54,467 bases of DNA from Sarea resinae. Its lineage: Eukaryota. How positions within the stretch are numbered: position 1 is the stretch's first letter; each line of letters starts with the position of its first letter. Under the pieces are notes generated by a model. It did no database searches. It saw nothing but the letters and a program-made list of their open reading frames with translations, and had not been told where the DNA came from. The DNA is taken from positions 62,001 to 116,467 of the forward strand of contig JAPEUD010000074.1 of NCBI GenBank assembly GCA_026026165.1, written 5' to 3'. Both the position numbers and the translations under genes were made by a program. Shown one piece after another: positions 15,182 through 29,359 of this stretch.

Positions 15182-18100
15182 ACCACCTTCTTCATCTCCA
15201 TCATCTCCATCATCACTACTTCGGAGTACTCCATGTCTCCAGGAGCAACGGATGCTAGCGTAGCACTTCGCATTCATCATTAATTATGCGGATTGACTCG
15301 GATTGCCTCCTTTGTCAGGAGGAAGCGATTTGCCAACGGGGTTTCGCTCAGGTGCCCGCAGAAAAAGTCGGAAAGTCATACGACGATCCGCTCTCCGAAC
15401 GAACCCTCGTTGTTCTCGATAGAAAGCCCCGCCACCGATTTAATCTCGCCTCGCATCTGCGACACCGCCTTCTGCGGCCTGCCCTCCGCCCGTAATTACG
15501 TATTAGGAGTACGGAATATGAGATTTCTCACAAAACGCTCCGTGACATCTCGGAAAAGGCCTCGGGCTGAGATGATGGGGGTGATGGGGCTGAATCATCT
15601 GCGATATCAGCACGAATCATCAGCACCGAGGGAGATGGGATACCTGCTCCAATCACTGGGCGGCCCAGATGCAAGAAGACTCAAGGACAGTTCAGGACAC
15701 GGACGCGAGCATGCTTGAGCGTCGTTTGGTTGCTTTGAGCATGCCTCATCTCGAGGAAGACTTCTTGTCTACTCTCATCATCGGTGGGTGGCGGCTGGGG
15801 TGTCTGACGAAAAAGACACCAATCACCGGTCGAGTTGGTGTGCCTTCAGCAAGATCTTGCAAGAGCGCCGAAACAATCATGCAGGGAAGAGAAAATGGTA
15901 AGACCCCATTCGTAACCCCGCCCGGATTGAGGAAATCAGATTCCCGCTCGTCATATTTTCATGATGTATTTGTTTTCTTTCTTTTGTTACCGGAGCCTGT
16001 CGGGCTGTCCTCTCTGCCAGTCAGCTTCTTCTGTCGTGACCCGTCTGTCCTGCCGGCCACTCTCTAAACGGATATGGACCACCCAGACGCGACAGTGGCA
16101 GATGCGCTCGTGCCGTCACGGCAGGAGTCTATACGGCACGGCAGGGTAATTCGGGACACATGGATCCATCATGGATGTTACTATCCTATTATTGTCACGG
16201 GCTGGTCACCATAGAATAAACATCTTCTTTTCTGATCATGATCACTTTTCTTGTGCCTGGGTCGCTCCCATCTCGTCTTGAATCGTCAACGGATCAACGT
16301 CTGTCCATGTCTCGTCTAGACAGGCAAGGCTACATTGAGGCTGTTTGTTGTCTTGTCTTGCCCATGCCCATCTGCCGGCACACACCCATGCAGGACGTGT
16401 CCAGGACATTGGATAGATCCATGTACCCTCAAGGAGTGGAGGTATCCATGAATGGGTCCAATATCGAACCAATATTGAGCTGCGACTCCAGTCTGTGACT
16501 CGGTGACCTGTGCGTGCAGCAAGCTTGCATTCTCGCCCTCTGGACCTCTGCACCTGTGGAACCCCGTGCTTTGCGCCACGCCTGTCTCTTGTTTGAAGAG
16601 CGAGCCCAAATCCCACCTTCCCTGCCATTCCCTGCCATCCGTAGAACTCGACTGCAGGGCATGTCAGACGTACGTACGAGGTGGTACTCATCGTAACTAT
16701 GCATACCAAGTGACCGTCATCGGTCGGCATCAGATAATGATAATTATCACTCATCGACAAACTATTCCCTTCCGCCACAGCTGACCGTCCATTCACTGCT
16801 CCCCCCCCGCTCGCGTGGGTTCGGTCTGAAGCCATTCCTTCCCTTCATTTACCGTTGCTGGTGGATTTCCCTTCCCGGGACCGGTCTCAGATCTTAGTCG
16901 ATTAAATTTCCCGGCGTCGTCGATGGTCTACCCTGGCCGCTCTACTACTGCTACCTCCACTGCCTGCCTGCCTATTGACCTACCTGAACTCGAATAATAT
17001 CTACGTCCGTCGATGCTTAGCTGCACAGGCTTGTCTTTTTCAGCCTCACCGCAGGTCCTCAGATTCAACAAGCGGCGGAAGCTTGGCTCGTCGAGGAATA
17101 ATAGACATTCCACCCCAATCACCGCAATCACCCCAGACGAAGAATCGTTAGACGCGGAGTCTCTCCGAGGGCGAGTCTTCTTCCAGGTTGGTTCTTGGGT
17201 CGACGCTAGGTGCTACTTACATAGGTAGCGACCTTACCCTCCTTGAAGGAAAAGGATTTCAAGGTTGGAGATCAGACCGCGAGATCCACGCTAGACCGCG
17301 TCCTCGACCAACCGACGCCATACTCGACTCGTCGTCGCCAGGCCGTCCAGGTCAGAAGAGAACAACGGTCGCGCTAGACGGCGTCACGGGTTGGATCACA
17401 AGCGCTCAGCAGAGCCTTACAGCTTCTTGTAAATCTCGACGAGAGAGGAAGAGGAGCACTACGGGAGAATAAGTGGGAGGCGATCCTGCTCACGCGTCTG
17501 GAGTCCGTCTCGTCTCGCAGAAGGCAAGGGAAAGGGGTTGTAGGAACAAAGAAGGCAAAAGGGCTCGCTCGTCCCTGGAACTACGAGTACTTCTGTGCCT
17601 TGCTCTGACGAAAGAGTGCAGGACAGCTTGCACCAGGTCGAGGTCGGGTTGCAGGTCACAGGTCACGCAAATTATTCACAGGAAACTGTGACTGGTTGGG
17701 GGGAGAATAAATCGTCCTGTCTGAAAATCTGAGTCGTGTTGTCTCCACCGCGAGGCTCCACCCACCCGCTCACGTCAGCGAATCAAAGCTTCACCTTGTC
17801 GGCTTGCGATTCCTCTCCAGTGTCCGCAGTGCACGTTCCTGACTCTGCACTATTGCACACCGTCCTCGACGCGTCTAGTGAACGACTCAGCAGTTGGCTA
17901 TACATCTGATTCACTCCGCATTTCCTCACCTAGACTCCATCACCTCAGCTCTCTTACTTCATCAATTTCCACAGCCGAGGGCGGGTCAGATATCGCCGCC
18001 GAGCTCCGCCCACCACCATCCGACACACACCAACAAGTGGACACGACAACAAGCCATCACCACACGTCCCATTTTGCCTTTTGTTCCGGCCGTTACGGTG

Positions 18101-19052
18101 TCTTTGGCCACTTTGCGCCTCGACTCATTCTTCTGCTCTCAGGCCTCTCCCTCTTTACGCCGCTCCACCTGTTTCTCGTACTCAGTGGGAACAATCCTGA
18201 ACTGATCGATAAAATCGAATCGCAATCTCAATCTGATCCCATCACCACCTCGAATTATTCAATTCTATATTCAAGAGCCAGGCCATCCCAAAACCAATCT
18301 CGGTCTGTGCCACTTTAGGGTTTAGCCACCTTTATCGCTCGAAAGGTCATAGCTCTTCTCTAAACCCTTTCCGGTGGCCGCTATCCGTGAGCCCGGTTCA
18401 TCTCGAAGACTTCCGACTTTCCACTTCCCTACAACAAATCCCCCTTCGTCACGTTGAGCTCTTTCAGTCATCAAAGTTTCTCACTCACGCACCTCTCGCT
18501 CCCAGCCGACTACTACTAAACACGCTACATCCCCACTACTTTCACCCTACCTTGCACTACTACTTCCACACTACCATACGTTTCCTCTACATACTGTAGG
18601 GTAGGCCCAAACCCGTCGTCTCGTTACCCGCAACCTTGGGTCCAAGCCACCTATTACCGCATAACGCATACCCGCATACCTGGCAGGCACACCCCACCGA
18701 AGCGAAAAAAATACCGAACCACATCCGCCCTAAAGCCCTTACCCTGCGTCTCCTAAACCTAAGAGATCTCCTACTACGTACGAGGGGGACCCGAACCTTC
18801 TGCACACCATCCAACCCATACCTTACCATATCGCCAATCTAAAGTAGTTCGCCGCCGCTCAAGTGCAGCAGACTGCCTTGTCAACTCGTGTCAACTCGTT
18901 CATCTTGTCACGACGGAACCTCACGCTAGGTGCAACCCGTCGCATCGCCTTCAACTTGGACGCGTCGCTGTTATTCCATTGTCCTCGAGTCGAAATTGTG
19001 TCGAAGGCTAAGACTTTGCAAATATATTCTATCAAAGCTTCATAGCAGTATT

Positions 19053-20760
19053 ATGTCCACGGCCTACTCGGCTCAGTCAACACCATCAGCGAACGGCTAT
19101 TCGTCGAGCGCGAATCTGTCGGCGTACGTGAACGGCTCTCAGCAGCCTATGGACAGAGGAGCCTCCGAATACTCGCAGTCAGGTTTGCATTCGCCTTATT
19201 CGGGATTAAACAAAATCAAGTCTGAAGGTCCATCGGCAGATCAAGCATCTGCTGCGCAGTATCCGCAAGGGCAAGAAATACGGTCCTCGACCTTTTCCTC
19301 GTCGGGCACGCCGAGCTCTGAATACGGCGTCCACCCGTCCTCTGCTCGCTCTGGCACTTTTCCAGAATATCTGAGAGGCCAGCAGTACGACGCGACGCGT
19401 TATCACCCTCCTAGCAATCAGAGCGGCAGCACTGGAGGTATGGTCCAAGCAACAAGTCCGTCCATGCCCTTGGCAGATGGGCCACAAAGTGACCATCGAA
19501 ACGCGCATCTTATAAAGTCTGACCCGGATATCCCTCTAGATCCTTCGATAGCGGCCTCGAGTCCTACCTACCCTCCTCCTACACAGTACTCCCCATACCC
19601 GCCCCAACACGACATGTCCCAGTATCCCGGGCATCCAGGTGCTCCTCAAATGTATGCGCGGCCGGAGTGGGGTTCACAGTATGCAGCGCATAGTCACGGC
19701 TTGCCAGGGCCTTATGGTGGGCATCCCTCACCTGCAACAACTGTGTCTTCTGCCTCTCCGGCAGCAACAGCTGGAGGACCGCGTCCTGGACAGGTGAGTC
19801 CCTTTCTTGTGCTGTATTTCACATCCTGACCAGAGACAGTCACATCCCCTTTCCCAAGTCTATTCGTTTGTGCCTATCCCAGGTTCGCAGCAGCACAAGC
19901 GTCCCCGCCGTCGATATGAAGAGATTGAGAGGATGTACAAATGCGGATGGAATGGCTGTGAAAAGGCTTATGGTACATTGAATCATCTGAATGCACACGT
20001 CACGATGCAATCGCACGGTCAGAAACGGACACCCGAAGGTGAGTTCTTCGACAACTTAAAATTCTGGCTTAGAGATTGGATATTCTACTTTCCCAGCACA
20101 AATTGCAATGCCCAATCGCGACTGCATTATAGTAACCCATGCTGTGGACACTTTCGATATCTTAGCATGCAAACACATTGCATTCACATGTCTTCATTTA
20201 TACGGCCTTAATGCATTAAATTTCGGGTTGTTTGGATTGTCGTGTGTGCTCCGTGCACTTTTTTGCGAATGACGCTTGGTCTCCAGAACTCGGCTTTAGG
20301 AGTTGATCCACTGACTGAATGGGTGCTCGCAGAATTCAAGGAGATCCGGAAGGAGTGGAAAGCCCGTAAGAAGGAGGAGGAGAACCAACGGAAGGCGGAA
20401 GAGGAGAGGCAACGAGCAGCTGCCCAGGCCAACCAGGTTGACGGCCAGAACGCTCCTGAGTCTGCTCAGACAACACCGAACACATCGTACCCGCCGGGCG
20501 TTCGTCCCCAGTTACCGCCTATCGGATATGCACCTGCTGGTGGTCAAGTGTCAGGACAGTATGCAGCGCCAGGTGGACAGATTGATCAAATGCATCAGTA
20601 CGGCAATAGCCAGCTGTATTCCAATTACCCCCAGTCGCCGTACGGCCAGGGCAACCAGGTCTATCAGCCACGTAAGGCTTCCTCCGCTTGAGAAAAGGAA
20701 GATGCGAATGCTAATCATAGGCTAGATCCAGACGTACCGTCGACGAACTATCAACAATAG
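19053..20760 (+). CDS. con7: C2H2 zinc-finger transcription factor, Con7/Vta2-like
   Basis: QVYSFVPIPGSQQHKRPRRRYEEIERMYKCGWNGCEKAYGTLNHLNAHVTMQSHGQKRTPE|EFKEIRKEWKARKKEEE; introns 19794-19839, 20039-20332 and about 20672-20725. Confidence 0.88.
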
Positions 20761-23229
20761 TCTGGGAGACCTGCGGTTCTAGCCGACCTCAGCCTAAATC
20801 AAAACTATCCCCTTCGAGCTCCCGTTACTAGGAACAATGGAAACTAATGGTCTTTACCTGAACATACGTGGAGGATCTGCATCTGCTCGGCGGTGGTCTG
20901 TTTTGTTTGGTGTTCCGTGGGAAAAAAAAGACCCGATGACGGGACGATTTGACGATTGCTTTTCTTTCTCGGATTGTCGTTGTACTCCTATCCGCTGTTC
21001 TCCTAGAAGCATGGACAATCAGAGTGGCTTCTCAGCGGCCAAGGATTTTTTGATCTACAAGATGGCAAATTTTTTTTATCGTCCTACTCTTTTCCTTGCT
21101 TTTTTCTAGTACATGCATACATGGGGGGAGCTGTCTTCACGGACTTCATCTTCTTGCTAATAACTTGTCCATGGCCATCTCGGCCTGGCACGGCCACTGT
21201 ACCATTATTTTCTGTCTTTCGTTTGGGTGGACTCTTGATTCTCGCCTCTGCCCGTGTGATGAGAGTGAGAGAGGAGTGGGCCGCTGAGGACATAGTACCT
21301 ACGCTCCGACCCGTCAGCAAGGCTCCAACCTGTCTTGTTTGACAGCTAGGATGTTACAGGTCTATGCCAGCCGTTTTCGGTCGCCGTGCGTGCTTCGTCA
21401 TTGCGCTCCGTTCGCATCGATATCTGGATTTTGTTATACGTTTTGCGCGATGGAAGGAAAGAAAGTTTCCTCTCTGTCGCGCCCTTGTACATAGGAATTG
21501 TGTGCCTCTGCCTCGTGAACATGTGCCTCAAATATTGGTGATTTTGGTGAAATGAGACCGGAAAATCTAGTAAGCTTGTAATTGCTTCCAGAGAAGGCCT
21601 CGTATCATTGTTCCATTGCGCCTTCAAAATCGATCTTCAGTCATTGTTCAAATGTGATTTGCGAATTTTCGACGGTTTTCAGAAGGGACTAGATGTAAAA
21701 TAATATTTATTGACTGTACAATTAGATATGCTATAATTTTAGCTTTAAGGGGTCAACTCTGGCATGAGTAATATCGACCAATAACCATCGACCAGATTCT
21801 AGGGACGGTAGGGCTGAAAATCAGAATCCGGACAATATTCTTGCGTTCGTAGCTAATGATTCTAGGATCCTTCGGTCGGTCCCGTCGCGGCGTCACCAGT
21901 CCGACTTACCTTATTCAAGGTTCCATTGCTTCCCTTGTCGCTTCTTTTTAGTGCGATCATGGCTTCTTTAGAGGGGACCCGACAGCCCGTCAAGCACTTC
22001 GTCTGGCGGCGTTGATGGGCATCAGAAAAGGGAGAAGGATCTTCCGTTACACAAGACTACTGTAAGAACAAGATAGTTACCGGTCCCTCCTGCGCCGAAC
22101 CAACAACGACCCCGGGCCCTTCTGCGCCGACTACGAAGTACAACAACCCGGCTCCCACATCCACGTTTCCCGTGGGATTTAGGGCCGGGAAAAGGGGTGC
22201 TACTGTAATATGCTTGCTTAGACCCAGGAAGCATGAAAGTTTGGCTTAGGCTTGTGTTACGGGACCAAGGTAAACCTGACAGACACGTTTCTTAGGGGTC
22301 CTCTGGGATGACGGACTGAGGCTAGGAAGTGGCCGAGCATGCAGGTGCGTCGCACAACTGGCTAGACATGAGTGTGTAAGGTAGGAAGGCTTCGCGAAAG
22401 GGATGCTCCATGGTGCAAGTGACTGTGCCCGGAGATTTTGATAACGATGCCCCGCGAAAAGATACACGACCAATCTATACTCTACTGTGAGGTGTTGGTC
22501 GAGGGGCTTCCCTTTGGACCCGCTAGAAAGAACAGTACTACGTAGTAGTGGGTAGTTTGCAGGATCGAAGGAAACGTGGAAGATCTATGAGGTAGGGTTT
22601 AAGGTCGGGAGGGCGCCGGCGCCGGCCGGGCTGATAGTTGATAGCGGACTTGGGATCCTGATACTAATTTGATATTACACCTGTCTAAGGCCGGGTAGGG
22701 CACGTTAGGCGTAGGATGATAGCCTGAAGCTTGGTCGGTATCGTTACTTCCCTTTACCTTGGTTACCTTGGCACAGAGAAGGACGTAGTCACGGCTGAGT
22801 TCGCGAACTCGAGATCGAGTTGGCGTTGGTACTGGTGTGGGCGCTTGTTTTGGTGCTGGTGCTTGAGTGTTTTGGAGTTAGAGGGACGCTATCATATGGA
22901 TGGGATGTGAATGATAAGGTAAGCAAGTCGAGATAAGGTGAATCTTGCCAACGATCAAGCTGGTAGAGAGTATTTGATTTGGAATATTATCTTTTGATGT
23001 GAATGATCTGGGAATCAAATGACTACTGTGTAGAAATTGGAGCTCTCTTCAGATTGACTTCAACAATTCCATACTGCTGCGTGGGTTCCTCCCCAGCGAG
23101 CCTGTACAAAAATCAGTCACGTGACCTCCAAAATTTGAAGTCCGCTGTGGACACAGATGGCCAAAGGCATCCCGTTGACAAACACAAATCTGACTGTCCA
23201 GCCGGATCAGCATTTCGATTCCTTTTTCA

Positions 23230-25365
23230 ATGCTTGACTGTCACGTCTGCGTGCAGAGATGCATTCGTGCAGTCCTTGCGCCGCGGGGAACCTCGTCACC
23301 GGCGTTACTTCAGCACACATATCGACCTCTACCCGCCAGCCTACAGAAATATCCGCCATGGAGACAACACCGAGGACTGGCAACGACAGGAAGAGGAGCC
23401 ACAGCCATAGCTGAAGATACTGAAGACGTCCCGAGAAGAAGAAAGACATACTCGCGAGACCGTGGTGCAAGCCCAACGCCACAAGAGAATATCAAGGACC
23501 CGCAGCGGAAAGATACGAAGGGCGGGCATCTGAGTCGCCGAAATCTTGAGGAGTCTCTGAAATACTTGAAGGACCCTTTGAAGCTAGCAGATCATGTGCG
23601 TTTTGCTATACGGGATGGGAAGGTTGAGCAGGCGACGGAGCTTGTTCGAGCGGCGAGCAAAGAGATGGCGTGTACCGTCAGTTGGAATCATCTTATTGCC
23701 CAGGAGATGGGCAGAGGAGGAATTAATGCTGCCTTGAAGTTGTATAATGAGGTATAATTCTCGCGATATCCAAGACTCTAGGAATAAGGCTAACCTTTGC
23801 TACAGATGAAAAAGCGCGGTCAGACGCCTGATGCTTATACGTTCACGCTATTATTGCGCGGCCTGGCAATGTGGATTGAATACCCCTCAGCTCTTTCAAA
23901 GGCGTTATCAATATACTATTCCATGTTCGCTCCTCAATCTTCCGTCAAACCGTCCCTGATCCATACGAATGCCGTTCTGAAAGTTTGCGCTCGAGGAAAC
24001 GACATGGATTCTGTTTGGGCCATCTCGGCCAAGCTGCCTGAGGGCGGGCCTGGCAGTCCAGATAGCATAACTTGGACGACGATATTGGATTGCATCCGAG
24101 AAAATGCAATCACGGGGAAAATCAGCGATGCGAGTGCGGAGGACAGTGCGCGTCTCAGAGAGAAGGCCATCATGGATGGAAGAAGGATTTGGGACGATAT
24201 TCTGGGTCGATGGCGAAAGGGCAATTTGTGGATTGATGAGAGGCTAGTGTGTAGTATGGGTCAGCTGCTACTCATCGGCCGTCGCCCAAAAGACTGGGAC
24301 GATGTGCTTTCGCTCGTCGAACAAACGATGAACATACCCCGGTTGGTACCGCGTCTTGGGACGAGTGCAAGACCTCAGATCCCAGTGCCTCAGCAGGAGA
24401 TCTTCTCGCCGGCAGATCAGGAAGGCGTGAGTCTACTGACACATGAGCACTCAACCTCAGCCTCAGCCTCAGCCTCCGCCCAAGACGGAGAGGAAGATAA
24501 TCAATTCGCCCCTGTCAAACCCACCCACCGGCCCAAACATCCCGGCCAAAAGTCAGCTTCTCAATCACTGACTTACGCGGTCCCGGGCCACCGAACTTTG
24601 ACCACAATCCTCACCGCAGCCAACAAAATGCGCTCCAAACAAATCGGCCAAGCCTACTGGGATCTTCTCACGGACCGTACCACCCATGGCCTTAGACCCG
24701 ATTCCCCTAACGTCCACGCCTACCTACGCCTTCTCCGTATCTCCCGCTCCAGCGCAGATTCTCTAACCGTCCTCAATGATATCGCAGCTGATCCGGCCAC
24801 CGCGCATCTGCTGGCCGGTAAATCATTCAATCTCGCCATGAGCGCTTGCGTGCGCGACAAGAATAATCCCAATGTTTTCGAGACCGCCACCAGCATCCTG
24901 AATCTGATGTATGAGAAGTTTCCCACAGACCCGGACCTCGCAGCGCTAGTTTCCTATCTCGATCTTGCCGTCTCCTCGGACAATCCCAAGATCATTCAAG
25001 AGGCTCTGCGTCGTCTGTCTCTCGAAGTCGTGAACGTGAAGAGCAGACTTGCGTACGGCCGCGACGTTAGCATGTGGCGCAAGGGCAGGCATATTGATGA
25101 TTTGAGTAAGGCGAAAGCGGAGCAGCTTTCGGGGGAGCTGGTGCGGAAAATGGTGGGGGCGATGGATCGGCTGATGAATAGAGGCGAGATCAGGAGGGAG
25201 GAGTATGGGCGCTTGACGCGGGAACGGGGCAAGCTTGCTGCGTTCATTACGAGGTACGGGGGCGGGGTTGATCGAGAGAGAGCTGAGAAGGCCGTGTTGA
25301 AGAAGAAGATAGGAAGGTTTGGGGGAGAGGTACATGGGAAGACGGATGATGTGGTAAGAGAGTAA
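23230..25365 (+). CDS. Pentatricopeptide-repeat-like, probably mitochondrial protein (intron 23752-23805)
   Basis: Arg-rich presequence-like N-terminus; PPR-like units VSWNHLI...ALKLYNEMKKRGQTPDAYTFTLLLRGLA, IHTNAVLKVCAR, PDSITWTTILD. Confidence 0.8.
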
Positions 25366-25740
25366 GTGAGTGGAATTATCAGATGTTGATCATAGTGATA
25401 AATATGGGCTGTGTTGCCCTTGTATTTATATTATTCTTCTCGTGTCTACTGAGATGGTAACTGATATATACCTGAATTCATGGACCTCTATGCTATCTTT
25501 GCTTTCGCGTATGTTGTACAGCGAAATGAAATTTTCACGGCGAGTCTCCTTTTCTTGAATCTGCCGACTTCCATACCAGTCAGAAACCAAGAGCAGAGGA
25601 AGTACGCTATGTTGCACCCGCTCCTTTCTATCCAAAAAAGAGCAATTATCTCCTATATTGACCCATACAATTCCATATCCGATCTCTCGACTCCCGGTCA
25701 GCACGCACTCCGGCCTCACCCACAGCTTCAAATGCCTAAC

Positions 25741-26540
25741 TCAAGCCTTGACATCAAAACTCGTCCCACACCCACAACTGCTCGTTGCAAGGGGATTATC
25801 CACGATCTTGAATTGGCTTCCAATAAGCTCCATTGTATAATCAACTTTACTGCCCTTCAGCAGTTCCAGGCTCGGCTCGTCCATGACCACGCGCGCCCCG
25901 GTGCCATCCTCGGCTTCGAAGACAGTATCGTCGGTAGGGGAGACGGCCGAGGGCGGTGAGAGCGACATCAGATATTGGAAGCCGTGGCAGCCACCAGATT
26001 CGACTGTGATGCGCAGAAGAGGGGGCTCGGGTTCGGTGGCGGCGATTTCTGCGAGACGCTGGTGGGCGGATTAGCTTTTACTCTCTCTCGTGAGCTGGAA
26101 TCGGATTTGGTGAGAGAGGAGAGGTTCTCGCTTCTCAAGATAGAGGATGGACTTACGTGTGAGGCGCGCGGGGTGATGCTGACGGTCATTTCATTGCCTT
26201 CTTCATCGGTGCGCGGGTTCTGTAATGCACCCAAGAGGCGCGGCGTAGAGGCTGACGCGGAGAAGAGCCTTCGATGTGAGGATGGACGGAGGAGACATGT
26301 CCTCGCATTGCTACGGACGAGCTTATGGGGTTGAGCAGCAGTGAAGATGTGGTCGTAGGAGGGGAGAAGGAAGTCGGGCGGTGGCGTGGTTGTTGGTAGC
26401 TGTGATGGTTGGCGGTGGATTGATGATGTCCCGGTCGTGATCGTCCGCACGGGACGAGATATGTGGAAGCACACTCGAGATGGAGCACACGTTCGAGAGA
26501 CTCTGAGAGTCTTGGTGGCCATTTCCATTGAGGACCTCAT
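25741..26540 (-). CDS. ISA2: Mitochondrial A-type Fe-S cluster assembly protein Isa2 (one intron, about 26060-26155)
   Basis: LRITVESGGCHGFQYLM, SKVDYTMELIGSQF, SSCGCGTSFD; start ATG ambiguous (26540 or a nearby downstream ATG). Confidence 0.92.
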
Positions 26541-27070
26541 GTGTTCATGAGGATGTGATTGCGGGGTGTGGTGATCAACACTTGAATAAGCTCAAGGGTC
26601 TGACTCGTGGGGCCGGTAGGTTATAGACACGTGAAGAGTAGAGGTAGAGTAGAGATATAGGGAAAGTCCTTCATCGCTTCAACGGAATAGATCGCCGAAG
26701 CCAAAGGTTCATGATGGATGCTGGATGATGGATGATGGTTGATGGCTGACTATGATGATTGATAATTGACGATGATGTCCAAAGGCGGTGAGATGATTGG
26801 CTGGCACTAAGGGAACTACGGTACAGGAGGAGATCTGGACCTTCAGATGACGCCGCTTTTCGCCGGCCAAAAAGAGTGGCCGAGACTCCTGTGCTGCGCC
26901 TGTGGAAACGGAGTCTGCTCGTAGACATAGCACAGAAAAGTCGCAGAAGGAAGCAGCATACGCGCTGACAACGTCTGTTACATTTCAAAGCCTCTTAGTT
27001 GCTGCTTCTATCCCTAGAAGCCATCTTCTCTTGTTGGGCGGACTGCCGCCACCCGAGGCTCGCCTTGACC

Positions 27071-28791
27071 ATGCATACGCACCATCTCAACAGCGGCGCA
27101 TCACCGCTCGTCGAAGATGACCCTCACAGCTTCAGCAAAGACTACGCAGAGAAGCTAGATGCGGCCGACCCATTAACTCGTCTTCGAGAAGAATTCCTCA
27201 TCCCCTCCAAAGCAGACCTATTGAGCCAGAGGCTGCCTACCTCAGGTAGATAGACCCCCTCAGTACAGTGCGGGGCATTCCCCTTGCAACCCAAATTGAA
27301 GCGGATGGTTAACGGGTATAGCACTCAAAGAAAGGAAAGCCGATTCCGAACCATGCGTCTACCTTTGCGGCAACTCCTTAGGCCTCCAGCCTCGCCGAAC
27401 GTCCGAACGTCTGAAGACCCATCTCGAGACCTGGGCCACCAAAGGCGCATATGGTCATTTCAAGCAAATCGAAGACTCGCCACTTCCACCATGGGTCGAT
27501 ATCGATGATGCTGCCGCGGAGAAGATAGCCAGTGTTGTTGGTGCGTCACCGAGTGAGGTCGCCGTCATGGAGACATTGACTGCCAACTTGCATCTCCTGA
27601 TGGCGAGCTTCTACCAACCTACCAAGGAGAGACATAAGATTATTCTGGAGGGCAAGGCATTTCCCAGTGATCATGTGCGTTTTTGTCCCGTTCATAATAG
27701 CTCGTCCTGTCCTTCTGACTACTGCGCAGTATGCCATCGAATCCCAGATTCGCCACCACAATCTCAGCCCCTCAACCTCCATGATCCAAGTCACCCCTGA
27801 CCCCACATCTAGTAACCCTTGCTTACCCACGTCCCGAATCCTCTCCATCATAGACGAGCACGCCTCCAGCACCTCCTTGATCCTCTTTCCCGGAATTCAA
27901 TTCTACACCGGCCAACTTTTCGACATCCCGACCATCACCGCCCACGCCCACGCCAAAGGTATCCTAGTAGGTTGGGACCTCGCCCATGCTGTGGGGAACG
28001 TAGAGCTCCACCTGCATGACTGGGACGTGGATTTCGCCGTCTGGTGTAATTACAAGTATATGAATAGTGGCCCAGGGGCTATTGGAGGACTGTACGTGCA
28101 TGAGAGACACGGTCGTGTTGACACGAACGATCAGACGGGACTGGAATATCGGCCTCGTCTCTCCGGCTGGTGGGGCGGGGACAAAGCCGCGCGATTCAGG
28201 ATGGATAACAGTACGCTTACTCCCCGAACCGTTCAGGGGGTCTCCCTTGACGCTTTTTGTCCCCTTCACTCAGAACATCAACACTAACGGAACCTCGATC
28301 CAGAATTCGTCCCCATACCGGGCGCCGCCGGCTACCAGCTCTCCAACCCCAGCACACTCGACCTAACAGCCGTTCTTGCCTCGCTGGAAATTTTCAACTC
28401 GACCTCCATGTCCGCCCTCCGCGCCCGCTCCATCCGTCTGACCAACCACCTCGAGGCTCTACTCCTGCACTTACTCTCCGCCCTCCCGCCCCCATCATCC
28501 GCGTCTCCGCCGCCGTCGTCGTCCTCGTCGAACGAAACACCGCCCCCCCTCTTCTCGATCATCACACCTCCCTCCCCCGAAGAAAGGGGAGCACAGCTCT
28601 CGATCCGACTCGCGAACCCGGCGCACTTATCAATCATCCTGGCCCATCTGGAACGAGAGGGCGTGGTCGTCGACGAGCGCAAGCCGGACGTCATCCGCGT
28701 GGCGCCCGCACCGCTGTATAATTCTTTCGTGGACGTCTGGGAATTCGTGAGGATACTGGGAGAGGCGTGTCGAATGGTCTTGCAGGGGTAG
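27071..28791 (+). CDS. BNA5: Kynureninase (PLP-dependent), multi-exon
   Basis: [80 protein letters not shown]. Confidence 0.95.
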
Positions 28792-29104
28792 ACTAGGGGT
28801 GACCTCGGTAGGAAGAGCATGACGGCGGTGGCGGGGGGGTCGAGGGGGAGGGAATGGGGGAGGGGAAGGTGAGGATGGGTATAGATCCGTTCTCAGCTAC
28901 ATAAGGTGCTATACTATATCATACTCTGTCCGGCCTTCTTCCTACCTATCTTTCGTCTTCTGCCTCTTCGTTAAGGGTACCTAGACCATCCAATACAAAA
29001 AAACGACGCCCAGCTCCGCGATGGCAATACACGTCCCATCGAGCACTTCACCACCCCCCCCCCTCCCCCCACCAAAACATCCATCCCCCTTCCCATCCCC
29101 TCCT

Positions 29105-29140
29105 CATACATACATACATACATACATCCATACATACATC
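29105..29140. repeat. (CATA)n microsatellite, imperfect
   Basis: catacatacatac..., read directly. Confidence 0.85.
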
Positions 29141-29359
29141 TATTTATACATACAGAACCCACACGACTCAACCATCCACCCATCCACCTAGAGAGCTCAT
29201 AATCCATCCGATCCACAGAATATCCACGGGACATCCACAGATATTCACGGGACCATCATGGCAGGCAGTAGCATGATGGGAATGATTTCCGCGAGTCCTG
29301 AAAGAAAAAATACCTCCCTTAGACACTTATCTGGGTGGGTGGTGGCACGGGCAGACGGC

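Noticed and set aside
12500..17900. Many 60-200 aa ORFs in the large intergenic region (also 46000-50000 and 51500-54400)
   Set aside because: No recognisable domains, often non-ATG starts, overlapping in all frames; consistent with chance ORFs.
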